DNA of 64,000 bases, from assembly GCA_050084985.1 (NCBI GenBank), contig JBITNC010000002.1, positions 27,156,001-27,220,000 on the forward strand, given 5' to 3'. The position numbers were made by a program, and so were the translations under genes. The stretch is from Nageia nagi. Its lineage: Eukaryota; Plantae; Pinophyta. This document shows, in pieces, positions 1-15,068 of this stretch. Positions within the stretch are counted from its first letter, which is position 1. Every line of letters starts with the position of its first letter. The notes beneath the pieces were generated by a model. That model saw only the letters and a program-made list of their open reading frames with translations. It ran no database searches and was not told the origin of the DNA.

Positions 1-105
1 ATAAAATTAAAAATGAGTCCTTGCCCAAGTGGCTCGGCAAAGCCCGCTCGGACACAGACTCAACCGAGTAACTTGGATCTATGCCAAGTTTCTCTACTAT
101 GGTTG

Positions 106-1076
106 TGTAACATTCCTTATTTGGAATATTAGGAAACTATCACAAATTATATCAAGACAAATGCAAAGAGACAAATATGAATGCCAAGAAACCAAATCTG
201 AATTTATTATTACTCAAAGGACTCAAATATAATGCTCAAATGCGTCCAAGATGGCTCCTAGGGTTGGACGAATCACTCTTAGACACAATAGATGGCCCAA
301 AGGGCTAGATGTCTGGCTTACTGGCCAGATTTGATGCTCTAATGCACTCCAAAACATTTCCACTGGTTGACGTCACATTGCTAGGGCCTCTAACCCCTGA
401 ATCTAGATGTTGAAGGTCTTCACAAGGTTTGGTAGGAGCTTAATGAGGCTCCACTGAGGGCACGAATGCTTGATGAGGCTTCTGATCCTCCTTAGGGCAC
501 GAAGATCTTGAGGCTCCCTAATGCAGTAGAAAATAATGGCAATGGCCAAGGTCACAAGAAGATGAATAGATAATCAATGATGCCCTTCTCTCCATGCGTC
601 CATCTTTCTTATAGCTAAAGGCCTCATTGACGAACCTAGATCTCACCTAGGAATCATGCAAGGCTAATACAATCTCCTAGATCTACTCAAATACAATGAA
701 ATACTCCTATGCACCCCTAGAAGAGGGATGTCTCACTCTAAGTGGCTCATTGGGTCCATTACAATGTATAATGATTACGTATCCAAGAAGAGGGACGCCA
801 CATAAGGAAACCCCTTTTACTGAAAGATATTTGTGAATTCCCGTGCATGCAACTATAGAATAATGGGCCAGGATACGAACTTTAAAGTGCAATATCTCCT
901 TTGTTTATTGATGTAACCCCATCGTGTAACCTATTAAAATGTTTGACATGAAATGCTCTATCCATTCGAGAAGATGAATCATCATTTCGTGGCTTGTGGT
1001 GCAAGTTATGTAATAAAATATATTTTTATGTAATTTCCCATTTTGGAATATTACATCCCCGAGTTGGAATGTTACA
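106..1076 (-). mobile_element. Solo LTR, family A (971 bp)
   Basis: Termini TGTAACATTCC...GGAATGTTACA (11-bp inverted repeat); TSD ggttg/ggtta (1 mismatch); shares motifs (gatgtctggct, agagggacg) with other family A copies; strand inferred from the TATA-like motif. Confidence 0.8.
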
Positions 1077-2779
1077 GGTTATACCTGAGATGTTTACATT
1101 TTTGGTAGGGCCATCGTTGGTATGTTAGGAACCCTAAGCTTGCTATTCTAGAAACGTTTAAGGGATGATTGAGTCTACTTGGTATAGTTAGCTGACATCA
1201 TATGGTGTCCCTTACCATATGGGGGACAACCTGACCGACCATATTTTTCAACAAAAATAAAACAATGATAAAGCTAAAACTGAAGTTAAAAAGGGATTGG
1301 GATGGTTTGACATGCTTCCGACACCTTTATTACTTCAATCCTTCATTTTCACTTTAAAAAAGCTTCTCTAACATAAAAAAAAAAAAGAATCCGAAAACCC
1401 ATCATTGTTATCAGCAAAAGAAAATCTTTATTAAAAAGAACAAAATTATATTGATATACTATATTTGCATGCTATTATGTCATTACTTATTAGAAATTTT
1501 CATTAATATCTGAAAATAAAAATAATAACAAAAAATATCTTTCAAATTTTGTTTCATATTAGTAGTATTATGTCTTCATTCAAAATGTGTATAAAATTTG
1601 GATGTCATGCTTGATCCTAAATGTTATAAATGAATATTTTCATTTTCATGTTCATGTTTTCAGTATATATATATGTGTGTGTGTAAGACAAGAAACATAA
1701 AAACTTGTCCCCTTCCATCTTTAGAACTCCTCTCCACATCCCCATCCTTGATCTTCGATGTTACATATGTCAAAGAAATCTTGATAGAAATAATCATCTT
1801 TTAAGTTTCTTACTGCAAGCATGTACTAAACATCCAACAGAAGTAACCATGGTGTAACCAACAATGGCACTCTTGGTGTGATTTTGAGCGAGAGCTCAAA
1901 TATTGAATTCAACAAATAAAATAATTCTTCAAGAGTTGTTTAGAATAATTTCCAAGCATGATACTTTAAACTCTAGCTTTAGTACTTGTGACCATTCTAG
2001 AGAGATTACAATTAGAGTAATGAGGATATCTTTTTTAATTATATGATCAAAGACTTGTACAAATTTCAATTTGTGAGGTATAAGGCTCCAATAGCAGCAA
2101 TCACTTAACATGTAATGGAATCTCAATGATAATGATTTATTTTGGCATCACCGATGTCATACAATTTGGAAGGTTAGGTTAGGATGTGTTTTAAACACAA
2201 GATATTTCATTGGTTGGTCATCAAGGTTTATCAATTAAAAGTCGGCCTCAACAAATGGGAACCTCAAATAATCACTGTATAATTTGTTGCAAGGAGGAAC
2301 AAATGGGTATGTTTTTTGGGGATACAATAATGCTAGGATTCTTTATTCATAGGTTCAAATAGAATATAACACTCTTATCATCCTTTTCATGGTGTGGAGC
2401 TTCTCATGGTGTGGAGCTCTTGTTGGTGATGCATGGATGATTTTAGCAATTTTCAATAATATTTGGTGTTTCATTTGCATGTCAGTCTTGTTTATCTTGT
2501 GGAAAATGAGGTGGAAAGCTAAGCTTCAAAGGAAGAGTTACCTGTTTCAACAATTTTTAATGTTTTCGGGCAAGATATAGCTTATATAGTCAAAGCACAT
2601 TTTGCTTATATATGAAAAGAGGTTGAGAATCTCCTATTTGATGACAAAGCTTAGGTCCTTTCTTTCTTTGCATTTATTTCCAGAGATTTCCTGTGCTTAT
2701 CGTGTGTTCAGATATTGAACTGCTCTTGTTAATTGAAGTAATATAAAACGCAATTTTTCCTGAAAAATATTGAGGGCAA

Positions 2780-2920
2780 AGTACAAGAGAAATGGAAACC
2801 ATACAAGAAACCAGAGAAGAGTTCATGGTATGATCAGTCTTCTTTTCATAATCGAACCCTTTGGCTACCAACCAAACCTTATGTTTCTCATTTGGAGTTG
2901 TACACTGGGTCTTCAATGAT
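2780..2920 (-). pseudogene. Ty1/Copia reverse transcriptase fragment
   Basis: KHKVWLVAKGFDYEKKTDH...SLVSCMVSISLVL resembles the Copia YKARLVAKGF.Q..G.DY.ETFSPV...SIR.VL motif. Confidence 0.6.
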
Positions 2921-3624
2921 TTAAGGCTGATTGGTATGCTTTATCATCACCATAGTCTATGCTGGAGCCAAGGAGGGATCCTTGCACTGAGTTCTAGTGC
3001 AAACCAAGGTCTCTGGAATCATGTGCTGGATGTCAAAGTCCGTTGTGACTCTCCGTTTTGCAGTTAGTTGCACATGGAATGAATTGATTCTCATATAAAG
3101 TAGTGATGAATGATGAGATGACTTCTCAATTACAAAGCAAGGTTTCAAGTAGAGGTTATGTGGCAACTCTGTATCTTTTCCAGGGTTTAGTTTACAATAA
3201 TTTCCCTGATCAACAAGGGCTTTGTATAACTGTAAGATCCAATAATAGTTATAGCATGGATCAGAAATTCTACAAAAAGCAAAGAAAATAAATGGGAAGC
3301 CTAAAGTATACACGACCTTTACAGGATAAAGGGGCTGATGCTTTAATTACTGGGATAAAGGTTCAAGGCACCCTTTGTCCACAAGCTGTCAAAAGAGCAA
3401 CCCGTTGAATTGTTAAAACTAAAACATGTTTTTGCAGGGTTGCTGCATCCTGGAAAGATGTGAACATTGGAAGATAATGTTTTTCATGAGTTAGCAGCTT
3501 GCCTTTGGCATTGCCATGCTGCATGATCCATCTGCCTTCGTATCCTTGTGGTTTAGTTCAACCTATATCCATCACCCTAGATGGTGTGAATAATTCCTTA
3601 TTTCAAAGAATGCATTTGAAATTG

Positions 3625-5053
3625 TGTAATGTTCCCATTTATGTGGTGTTTTCCCCATTTCACCTCTGCTAAATGGGAACATTAATTTAGGCGTGATTTT
3701 GTCTATTTTAGTAGATTTTGGCCAAATATTGTAAGTTCCACTTAGAAACTTAGTTAAATGCTCTAATTATAGAAGAATGGCCCTTTTTATTTATTTATTG
3801 CATTTCGTTAAGTTCCTAAAATGCCAATAATGATGTATTTGTGATACAAAGCAATTATATTTGTAAATGCAATATTAGTTTCTCTAAAAGAGGTGTTGCA
3901 TATTTTTGGCCTTGATAGTTGTAATATTGGCATTAGATATATCTCTAGTCATTAGTGCTCCCCTCGTCAAGGTAGAAAATTTCCCTAGGTGATTGCACCG
4001 ACTACGAAGCATCATTAAAAGATCCAAGGTTAGATGTGGCACTACAAAGGAGGAATCCCACACCTCAAGGCATTGGAGGACTCCCATGCATGGACGTTGG
4101 GCATTTAGGGCTTATTTTACTCCCACATTAGAAGATTGAGCATCCTAAGATGCCACGTCACCCCTATTGGGTATTTGGATCCATAGCACTGATCCTAAGG
4201 CACTCTGGCATCACCCCTTTTTGGACGTTGGCATTCTTGGCCCTTGGATGTGATCTCACTTATGTCGAGGCTCCCTGTCTTGAACAATGTAAACATGAGC
4301 ACACAGATCACATCTCTCGACCATTGGATCATCTAAATGCAAGATTAGAAGAGAGACTACATTGCCTATGAAAGGAGGACTCTTGGTCATTATGATATAT
4401 GCTGACTATTGATTAAAAGCTCGTTTTTGGATTGAGTGTTAGAGCTCTATCTTTGCCACTTGTAGGGCAACTTGCATTTGAGGTCTTGAGGTGATAGGAA
4501 GCTAATCTCGAGCTTATTCTAGCCAACTTGAGAGAAACGCTGCTAGTTCCATCACAGAAGTTGTTGAGGAAGTCCTGCACTTCACCTTGCCATTGCTGAG
4601 GTTGGTGAGACCTTGGCGCCATCCAAAATAACCTTATTGGAGGAAGTCCTAGTACAAGCTCCTTAGGTAGACAAAAATATATTGTAATTTTGCTATCCTC
4701 TATTATATCAATACAATTACATTTTGCCATCTCGATTTGCTATTTGTCTCACTTTGCTTGGATGTTGGATTTGGAGTGCCATTTTTGTAGTGTAAAATTT
4801 GTATTGCTTTCTTGTTCATGCGTTGGGTTTTTGGAGACATTATTGCATGTTCGAATTCGTGTTTGGCATTTCTAGCTAGATGTTGGGTTTCTGTGAGCAT
4901 TTTTGGATTGTAATTGCTAAATCTACCATAAATAGCTAGACGTTGGAATATTGGGTGTATATTGAGCTTGTTTGATTAGTTTCGGAGCTTCAAGGAAAAT
5001 GTCCCTGTTCTAGGGCATGTTTGAGCATGATGCACCGATTTGGGATCATCACA
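3625..5053 (+). mobile_element. Solo LTR, family A (1429 bp)
   Basis: TGTAATGTTCCC...GGGATCATCACA; perfect TSD AATTG (3620-3624, 5054-5058); long reverse-complement similarity to 54366-55861. Confidence 0.9.
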
Positions 5054-5163
5054 AATTGAGATGGGATTTCTTTCTATTTGCTTCTCTCTTTGTACTTCAC
5101 TATGAAAAATACCAGCAATCAATTTGACAGTCCTAGGATTTTATGCAACTTAGGAGAAGAAAT

Positions 5164-6543
5164 TGTAACATCCCCTTTTTAACAAAAATAAGTAAATTTG
5201 GGATCCTAGGTGTTTTCTTTGTAAATATTTTATTTTTGCATTATTAACTACTTGGGATAGAAAATTAATGGTCCATTGGACCCACATTGTGAGGCCCAAA
5301 GAGGGGCGTTTTCCACCCAAGCTTAGGATGAGTTATTTATTAGTACACTTGGAGATCCTAAATATTGATTGTGGGAATCCCAAGTCTTGTATAGCACCTA
5401 GGATGGCACATAAGCATGGATAATCACCTATAGCCCCAACGCTGGACTTGGGAGCACTTGTACACTTGCTCCAGCCTTGGGGAGACTCCTAGACCCCACA
5501 TTGGCCATGATGACACCTAGGCACCGACGCATGACTCCTAGACACCACAATGGCATGCATGACTCCTAGAAACCCACATTGGAATGTATGGCCTCTAGAC
5601 ACCCACGTTGGACGTGTGTGACCCCTAGATACCCACGTTGGGCCTAATGATCCCTAGGCACCCACGTTGGGCTTACATGATCCCCAGGCACCCACGTTGG
5701 GCATTTTGGAGCCTCTAGGAGGCTAACATTGGATTTGAGAGATTGGGTGATGACTTCTAGGTGAGATTCAGATCTAGGGAATGTTATAAAAACATTGGAG
5801 CATCATTGTAGATATATGATTACATTGAAACCCTTTCTTCTCTTTAAGTTATAAAAGACTTGGCGATGTCAAGCACCCTTGGGCGTGTAGAGCAGGGAGA
5901 TTCCAGGAGGCTTGGAACACCTTTTGACTAGCTATTGAGGTGAATGTTCGTGCTGTGAGGTTGCCCTACTCTGAGGCGTCCATAGCGGTCGCACCTTTGA
6001 ATCCATCCGGTGGCATTCCGAATTGCACTTGTTTTCTTTGCCGGGAGCTAGCTTGTGAGGAAGCCCTTCAGTGAGGCATTCACAGATCTGGTAGAGTGTG
6101 GTTGTTCTACAACATATCTATATCATTGATCATATTCTGCACAATTGTGTGCCCTAGTTGGCTCCTTGGGGCCACCATTGAACCCTTGAGGGCTTGGTAT
6201 TGTATTGTTCCCATCATTTCTTCATTAATTGAGCCGTGGCGCACTTGATCTCCATTTCTCGTCTCATTGTGATGTGTGTTTGATGGTATCTTGCTTCTCT
6301 TGGTGTGACGTCATGTTCTGGAATTGTTTATGGTGTATTTTGCATGATTTGTGGATGCCCTAGTGCCACATTGAGCTATTGAGGTGTTTTCTGGCCCAAG
6401 ATGTGCAACGTTGGGGTTTCTAGCATATTTTTGTACATGTCTGATGCCCTAGATCATTTCGTGGCATGCCTAGAAGCATAATTTGATGTTTATTGGTTAT
6501 TAATTGGCTAATATTTGCGTGGAGAATTATTTGGGATTCTACA
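5164..6543 (+). mobile_element. Solo LTR, family A (1380 bp), with an internal ~30-bp tandem array (~5490-5700)
   Basis: TGTAACATCCCC...GGGATTCTACA; perfect TSD GAAAT; repeated ctagRcacccacgttgg units; similar to 9087-10276. Confidence 0.9.
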
Positions 6544-6703
6544 GAAATAAGGCTACTTATTTCATATTTATCCATCTATAATAATCACTATCATTTTGCT
6601 ATTCAAATTCATGATAGTTGAGTACCTTTTCATTTTTATTTTGAAGTCTCAAGTGTATGTTGAATTATTTACATTTCTAATTTTTTTTAGCTTTTGTGTT
6701 CAG

Positions 6704-6803
6704 TGCAGGGGCAAACTCTTTGAATGAGATGATTTTGGGAAGATTCCTTGTGGGATTAGGCATTGGAGCAAGCACTGTCTTGGTGCCTATTTATATCTCA
6801 GAG
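6704..6803 (+). CDS. Sugar transporter exon (AGANSLNEMILGRFLVGLGIGASTVLVPIYISE)
   Basis: ttcag| acceptor at 6703, GAG|gtaatg donor at 6804; TM4-5 motif. Confidence 0.93.
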
Positions 6804-7559
6804 GTAATGGAATTATGCTTTTGGGGTTGGTACGTTGGAATTAATTTTTTTGTGTTCTGTCTCTGATTGCATTGATATTGATGATCTTTTCTTCCGTGTC
6901 TTCTTCTTCTCCATCATTATCGCTTGCATTCCCTACATCATTTCAACCACTGATTCAAGAGTGGACCTTATGGTCTTGAACCTTTGCTAAAAACTCTATA
7001 GCCAACATCTCCTCCTTCTGATCTCAATTCTTACCTGCAATACCTTAGGCATCTTTGGTTGTCCTGCGTGTTGGTCAAAAGGAATCAATCTATCCTTCCT
7101 TTTTTTCCTTATTTCACTCATGGAAGTTCCTCTCCAGCTAGGAAGACCTACTCAACTACGAACTTGATCCGGTTCTATCAACACTAAAACAGCAACTCAC
7201 ACCCTTAGTGACATTTACATTTTGCTTGGAATGAGATGATTCATATCAGGTCAGTGTCAGTAAGAAATGTTAAGCAGTTTCACATTTCTCCAATTCCAAG
7301 GTTGTCAATTCTTCTCATAAGAGTTTGATATGCATTTATAAGCATGGGGTATAACAGAGCTGCCCGTACGTTTAATAGGAACTATGCTTTGATTTCCCTT
7401 AGCTTACTCTTTTCTATAAATAAAATTCTTTATGAATTGTATGGTAGATATGAAAGAAGAATATATTCAAGTCTGCTCTTAGTGCCCAGGTGAGATCCAA
7501 AAATTTAGGATATTCTGTGGGGGGTTCTATTTTCACTTCATGTGTATTCATAGTGATAG

Positions 7560-10500
7560 AAGTAGCGGACAATCTGCCTTATCGCTAACAACAGCAGCAG
7601 AATTCCTGTTTCATTTTTGTCTGAGTCACAACAACGGCAGACTTCAACTGTTTCATAATTTTTAAGTCACAACAACAGCAGACATCAACACAAGGAGAAT
7701 TCCTCTCTCAGTTTTGTCCAAAACAGCAGACATTATCAACTACAGGAGCACATTTCTGACAAAGATCCTGTGTCTACACAGTTCCTGCACCCTCACAGGT
7801 CTGGCTCCGGAACTACACCAACTCCAAATCAAGAACTGTGGCATTGTTTTTCCAGCTTCTGCATGGTGTCTGCACTCACACCCTGACTCATGCTTCATTT
7901 GTGCCTGCAACTGCTTCTGTCATGACCACACTCTGTTCCTAGGGGACTAGAACCCTCACACACGCAAGTGGAAGACACTAGAACAGTATTACAGCAGAAT
8001 ATGCAGCTGAGTAACTGAATTTGGAAATATGGGGTAAACTTTAAGGAATGTTTATCACTGTTTCAACAGAAAGTACAGGAGAAATATAATTTTATTGTGG
8101 ATCTGAGAGACAGAATTAACAATTTTGAACAATCTCAAGCTTCCTCCACTGTCGAAATTCCACACCAACACTTACAACAACTAAATGAGGTGGTTTTTGA
8201 AGTCCAAAACAAATAATCCGAGATCCCTGCCCAACAGGAACATTTAAAAACAGGAATCTGCTGACCAACAGCAGTCCATTAAAAAACAGGCGGAAGAACA
8301 AAACTCGTGGGTACAGGTGGTGAAAGGAAGAAGGCCTATCCTATAGTCAAAATGGCAATGCAGTCGATATTTGAAGAAGTGAGGATACATTACATCAAGG
8401 AATTCAATCTTTGAGTTTGTAGTCTTCCAAAAACCATAGATCCTTTACAGGATGGTCATGTTTTTCTACACGAAACCTTGGAAACATTTCTATGGAAAAG
8501 GCTTGGACCACTCTAGACAACACTCTTGTAATATGTTTCGGATCAGTAGGGGAATGTTTGCAAGTGTTGAGAGTGAAAACAAATCTCTTAAGAAGGCCAT
8601 CTCCTTTGATGCTTCCTCTCCTTCCACCCATTCCCTTTGTCATTTGTATTGTCACCTCTTAAGGACCAAGAAACAACAATTCTTGGCCAAAGGAAGGTGA
8701 GATATCATCTCCTTGCTCCACCAAAACCCCAAATCTTTTTGGCACACCTTCCTACCAAAAAAACACAACTTTAGTTGTATCTCTCTCCAGGATTGGAGCA
8801 CCTATGCTTCTTGACTGTACAATGACCTCAACCAACGCCCACCCACTATTATTTATTGACCAACCTTTGTAGCTTTCTTCATTGCCCCCATGGTCCTAAT
8901 AGCAATTCAAAAACTTAGCTTCTGTAAGGCCTTAGACATTGATAACATCCAAACAAAATACCTTAAACATGCTAGTTTTACACTCCCCCCTTCCTTTTTA
9001 TCCTTTTCAACAAAGTCTTGGCCTTTAATGTGTCCAAGCACACAATTGACCAGATCCATATCACCTATCGAGACGAGGTTATTGAGTGTGACATCCCCTT
9101 TGCATAGTTGTAATTAATTGTGGGACCCAACAGGTTCCTCTTGTAATATATTTTATTATTGCATTGTACTTTCATGTTTGTAACTTGGGATAGAAGCCTT
9201 AATGGTTCAATGGAGCCCACTTTGAGCCCCAAGTGGGACATCTGCCTTCCAAGCTTAGATTAGGTGTTATTATTGCACTTCTATTATTACACTTAGGTGG
9301 CTGGACAAGCACCTATATGCATGCGCTAGCCTTGGGGAGGCTCCCATACCCCCGCATTGGCCTAGCATGACACCTAGACCCCACACATGACCCCCTTGAC
9401 CCACGTGGGCATGCGTAGGACTCCTAGACCCCCATGTTGGCACTTAATGCACTCCAGGCCCCCATTTGGCATGCCTAACCCCTAGGCACCCACGTTGGGC
9501 ATTCTGGGTCCCTAGGAGGCTAATGTTGGGATTAAGGAGACATGTGATGACTCCTAGGTGAGATTCAGACAGGTTTGAGTGTATAAAAAGAGATTGGAGC
9601 CTCATTATTGGATATACCTGATTATTATTATACTTCATATCGTCCAAAGGACAACAAGACTTAGCGGCGCTAAGCAATACCCTAGGTGTAGCATCTAGGG
9701 TGGCTTTCAGATTGAGGGATCTTGATCGTCTACAGCATTGGTGCAGCACCCTTGCCCATTCGGTTGTATTCCGAGGTATAGCTTCTACCTTCAGTGGTGT
9801 CCAGGATCAAAGGAGGGCTCCTTCAGTGGAGAGGATTCGAGTTCTGAGGGAGCAATACTGCCCCATGGTTCGAGTATCAGTCCAACAGTGAGAGATACAG
9901 ATTGTGCCCTAGTTGGCTCCTTGGAGGTCAACGTCAAGCTCTGGGAGCTTGGTATTGTATTAATATTCATTGTTGATCATATATACAGCCATCGGCACTT
10001 GGATCTCATATTAGTATTGTGCATGCTTGTTTACTATTGCATATATATGTTTGTATGGACCAAAAGTTGGCATTGTGAGCTTGCGTGTATTGATATTTGC
10101 CTATCTTGGCCAGACGTTGGCATATTTGCATTGTATTAGCTTATAGTGGATGCCCTAACCCCAACGTTGACATATTTAGGGTTTGTATGCTTGTAATTGA
10201 TGCCCTAGGCCTGACATCAAGGTTTAAGGGTTTGAATTTGTTGATTATTGCTTGAGGTTGTGTTTGGATCCTTACATTGAGACTACCACCTCCTACACTT
10301 ACTTGAGAGTACTCTTCTCTAGTCCTAGATTCTCAATGAGAGTGACAACCCCACCTAGAGTACGTAGAGGATACGTGATGGCCTTCTCCCTGAACCGGCA
10401 GTGCGTGTAACTCCACTTACAAGACATATTGTCCAAGCGACAGTTATTTCATACACTAGTCACTCCCATGGTTTTGTATGGTGTTGAGGTTTGAGGCCCT

Positions 10501-11460
10501 AGCTTGAGGGCAACAAATTGGGCTATGATGTAGAGGATCTTGGTCAACATATTATCATGCTCCATTCGGGGCAAGAGGATTGTCCACCACCACATCATTC
10601 TTAAAAAGTTCAATTGGCAACCTTGTCAAGTGTGGGCCCTTGCAATGCAAGTTCTTTTCTTTTGATGCCTTCATGGCTTTTCTGATTTAGTTATTGAGAT
10701 CGACAAAATCCTTTCTAGGGCCTTGGACTCAACGATAGAGTTAGCAACATATGGTTTTCGTTGGTGTTGGCTCACTGAGTTCTTTGATGCGTTACAATAA
10801 TTAGGCTTTTTACATGATTGAGTACCAATCACCATGTAGGGTTTGTCTACATCCCTCGATGATTTGTTGACATCGATTTGTGATGCAATTTATAGAGCAT
10901 ATATCTAGAGTACTTAGGTCACTCCTCGACAATGGTTCATACCCATGTTGCTCCACTATTCCCAACACTTCATTTAGATCAATGGAGGGTTGATCCTCTC
11001 CCCCATGTATATCAGCCTACACCTACCTTGGGCTTGAGGATGTTTCTCAGTCAATTCCGGGTTTGCTCACACTAGTTGCAAATTGAGACAGATCACCACC
11101 TACCTTGCGAGCTTAGAATCTATTGCCTATACTTAATAGACATTGAATTTGAGGATCATTTCATCCTTCGATGTTTAGTATACTATGAGATTTGTGGATG
11201 GTACCATTGTTTGTTTTGAGAGTTTGAGGGATTGCTTTCCTCCATTTTTCAGTATATAGACCAAATATGTGTAGCACTCTATATGCAAGAGGCTTTCCTT
11301 CTACAAAAATGTCTCTTATCCCATACCCAACACCCGAGTAATGACTGTTGCATTATATCCTTCTTCAAGCCTTCCTTGGAGGAGGGGTTTCATAAGAGGG
11401 TAAGACTCGACCCTCTACCTCTTATTCAATTCATCAAGAGACACCTACATGACACCCATA
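7560..11460 (+). mobile_element. Degenerate, internally deleted LINE (RTEX-like), copy A; interrupted by solo LTR 9087-10276; ends approximate
   Basis: ORF1-like coiled coil with SWVQVVKG (~8020-8550); pre-RT remnant (NPKSFW, KALDIDNIQ); post-RT TPMVLYGVEV*GP (~10460); C-terminal FRVCSH.LQIETD...EDHFILRC..YYEI (~11055-11220). Confidence 0.7.
9087..10276 (+). mobile_element. Solo LTR, family A (1190 bp)
   Basis: TGTGACATCCCC...GGATCCTTACA; perfect TSD TTGAG (9082-9086, 10277-10281). Confidence 0.9.
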
Positions 11461-13279
11461 TTCCTCTGAAGTTTCAATAGGTTACATCGTTCTTCAAAGT
11501 TGTTATGGACTTAGGTTTTGGAGATCAAGGAGATTCCATCATGATAACATCACTGAGAGTGTCCTTGTGTTGTCCCTAGCATGTCCCCAAGAAGACTCTT
11601 GTTATCCAATCTCAACAATATAGTGTTCCTTTTTGTATTCTCTTCTTACTACTAGGGTTTTGACCCCTTTTTGGGGACCATCTTGGTCTCCAAATTGCTA
11701 CTACATCTCTCTTGTATATTCTAGTCCTATTGATCGCTTTTGGACATTAATATATTTTTTTTCTTTCTTTCCAACAAGATCTATTTGGATGTGTATCTCA
11801 CATGACTTCAAGTGGAGGAGCTTCGAATACCTATACCTTGGTTATAGCTGCCAGGAAGGAGAACCAATGGGCTGTCATATGCAATTGCAGAGTTGTCATT
11901 CGTGACACCTTGGTCACCTCTTGGACCTTCTAAATGATGTTGCCCTTGAGTTTCAATCAAGGCCAATGACTTCATTACCTATTAGAATTGTAATGGTTCT
12001 CTATGGTCTTCCCTTAGAATCTTCCATATGTCATAGTTTCATGAGATATTATTTTTCTCATCAAGATCCATGAAAGCCTCAAACAGGCTCTCCCTCTAAT
12101 AACTTGTTATTTTTTGTTTTCAGCCTACCTATGTGAGACCCATAGATTAGGTGGTGTTCAAGGATATGGTGAAGTTGCTTACCTCATTCAAGACAACCTT
12201 TGGCCCAATCTATCTTTACTAGCTTCAAATGTGCATTCCAAGTGTATGTGGCTATTGTTCAATTTCAATTTCTTCTTTATTCAGTGTGCATATCGATGGT
12301 GAACCATTTCTAACTTTTGCCTAGAGATCACATGGGCAATATATTCTATAGATGGGAGCGTCACACAATCTTCACATACTCAATGGGATTCCTTGCTTCC
12401 TTGACTCTAGCAGATTCAATTGCTTTCCTCATAGTGGGGGCGCAATTGTTGTCGATTATGTTCTTTTCAATAGGGATCTCATCTTGCACATTTGAGACTT
12501 TCTTGTCTCCCATAAACTACCCCTTGTCAACCATGTTGCTTCGTCTCTCACTCTTCATTCCACACCTCTCCCGCATCCTCTCTTTTCTTTGACACTCCTA
12601 TTCATTCTACCATGACCTACTTCGATGGTCTACGCACCATTGACTACTCTACCAAGCTTTCTCACCTCATGTTCGAATTCCACTATCTCCATCTCCTTAC
12701 TACCACTTCTATTTACAACCTCCTATCTCATGCCTTTGACTCGTTACCTCACAAAGTTCATCATTTTAGTTCCTTCCATCCCCACAATTCTTACCCTTTT
12801 GAAATTGTAGTATGATAAAGATTGTAAATCTTTTCATAAAAGGCTTCGTTTATCCTTAGTCCATTACCCTATTTTTACCCTTCAGACTATCATTGAGGAG
12901 GCTCACCAGTGGTCCTCTAAAGTCTTTTATTGCTTTGTTGACTTTAAAAAGGCTTTGGACTCTATTATGAGATTTCTCCTTCTCTAGTGGTTTCTATTGT
13001 GCCCGAACAACATGCCCCCCTTTTTTTTGCAATTTTGGAGCACCAATATGGTGACCCAATATGGATCAGCACAATAAAAGAAATTGCCCTTGGTGATAGA
13101 AAGTTGATTTTTGAGCTATCTAAAGAGACAATACTATGGAACAATGCATGGAGATTACTCGTAGGAGGTCTTGAGGTGATTCAGAGTACTAAGCCACTTA
13201 TGTTGAAGCAAAAGAGTCAGGATTTAAGCAACACATCAGAGTACAATTTTTGGGGTCACAAAATGACTTACTAGAAATG

Positions 13280-14050
13280 AGCTCATTTTTTGTCTTTAGA
13301 ATTTGTAAAAACTGACAAGATGGGTTCATAAAGGAGGCCAAGGTAGGCACTTTTAAACTCGGAATTTTCAAGAACCGACCAAAATTGCTCCCTTTAGCAT
13401 TGGGCGCACATTTTGAGGATTTGACCTAGAACAATGGAAAAAATGAGTGCCCACATGCAAGTGCATTCATTTTGACATTTTTTCAACTTGATAATTTTGA
13501 AAATTGAACCTTATGGGTTTGTGAAGAATGGCAAAATGAACATCTTTAGACTTGGAAATTTCTGAAAATAATCAAAATCTCTCCTTCTCATGGTGGGCTC
13601 ACATTTTTGGAGTTCATTGTGCAACAATGGATGAAACCTAAGCCAACATGCAAAATGCACTTTTCAAAATGAAAATTTGAGTTGATGGGTTTGTAGAGAA
13701 TCAAATGGTGCACACCTTGGAAGTTGAAAGTTTTTCAATTTGATCAAAATTGCTCTTCTTCAAGTTGGGCACACATTTTGGAGCTTTTGTTGTTTAACAA
13801 AGATTCAAAAACTAAGCCAACATACAAAATGCACTTCCAAGCATGTAAATGGAACTTTTTCAAGCTTTGCATTTTCAAAAAATGAATCTTATGGGTTTGA
13901 AGAGGACCAAATTTCATGCATCTTTAGGCTTGGAGGTTTCCCAAAATTGTCAAAATTTCTCCTCATTGTGGGTGCACATTTTGAGATTTTGTGATATAAC
14001 AAAGACTAGAAACATGCACCCAAGTGCAAATAGACTTTCAAGCATTGAAA
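13280..14050 (+). repeat. About 4 degenerate ~190-bp tandem units in the 5' part of the 3-kb solo LTR
   Basis: Recurring atgggtt...cttggaaatttt...caaaat.ctc....tgggc.cacatttt units near 13319, 13513, 13684, 13891. Confidence 0.75.
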
Positions 14051-15068
14051 ATGGCCTCCCAAAGGGAAAGAGTGAGGTTATAGGCCACTAGCATGTTGCC
14101 AAGTGTTCAAAAGTTATCAAAAATCTATAAATACAAGCTTGGAGCCTCTATTTGTCTCACAAACACTCCATTTTCCTTTCCAAGCATGCATTTTTGAAGC
14201 CAAAACACATCAAAGAAGGAAAATATGCAAAAATTCTCAAAAACATGGCAAAATACCTTAAAGATCCATTGTCTATCCATCCATGGTCGTATTGGAGCAT
14301 TTAAACAACTTTTTGAAAAATTTCCAAAATCGACCCCCCTTCCATTTTTCTTCATTTTTCAGGCTTTCCAAAAAAGTGAAAAAAGAGCACCAAACACCTT
14401 TTTCAAGCTTGAAAATTTCAAAAACCGAGTTGTTTGGATAATCGAAAGGAACTGCAAAGTTGAACACCTTGGATAAATAAAGAATAACTATCACTGGTTT
14501 ACCCTTAGCCGTGGGTTCTTTCCCAACTTCTAAAGTCATTTTCCAGGCTTTGAAGCTGCCTAATTAACATCAGTAACAGCCCAAAAACAGCGAAGTGATT
14601 CATACTTTGAAAGCTTCTTTGTTTTCCTTGAAATTGACAGATAATGCTCATAAAATTATTGCCCATCCATCCGTGAAGTTGTCACAAGATTTCAGCAAGT
14701 TTGAAAATTTGCTCAAATCACTCGTAATCCTCCAAGTCTTAGAAAATGCCAAAAACCAGCCAAGGATCCACTCATGATATTTCTCTTATGTTACAGGTCA
14801 TTCATTATGGATAACTCAATAAAGACATGGAGAACTGCTTGCCAAAGAAGCTTGCAAAAGAAAGGCTTTCATAGAGGTAAATTTGGAAGAAATTTGGCAT
14901 TATATGTGCAAATCCGTTGGATTTAGTCATATTTCCAATGTTGGAGATTTTCCTATACTTAGCCATTTTTGGCTAACTTAGTGGAATACCGCTAAGGTGA
15001 AATGTAATTTCAATTTCAGTTTGCATTTCAATTTGAATTAGGGCACCACTAGGTTGCTCTTGAAAGTC

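Noticed and set aside
1-6703. Upstream exons or transit peptide of the transporter
   Set aside because: No match to the expected N-terminal motifs (FGYHIGV, GLVVS, D..G.RR) was seen; the region is treated as intron.
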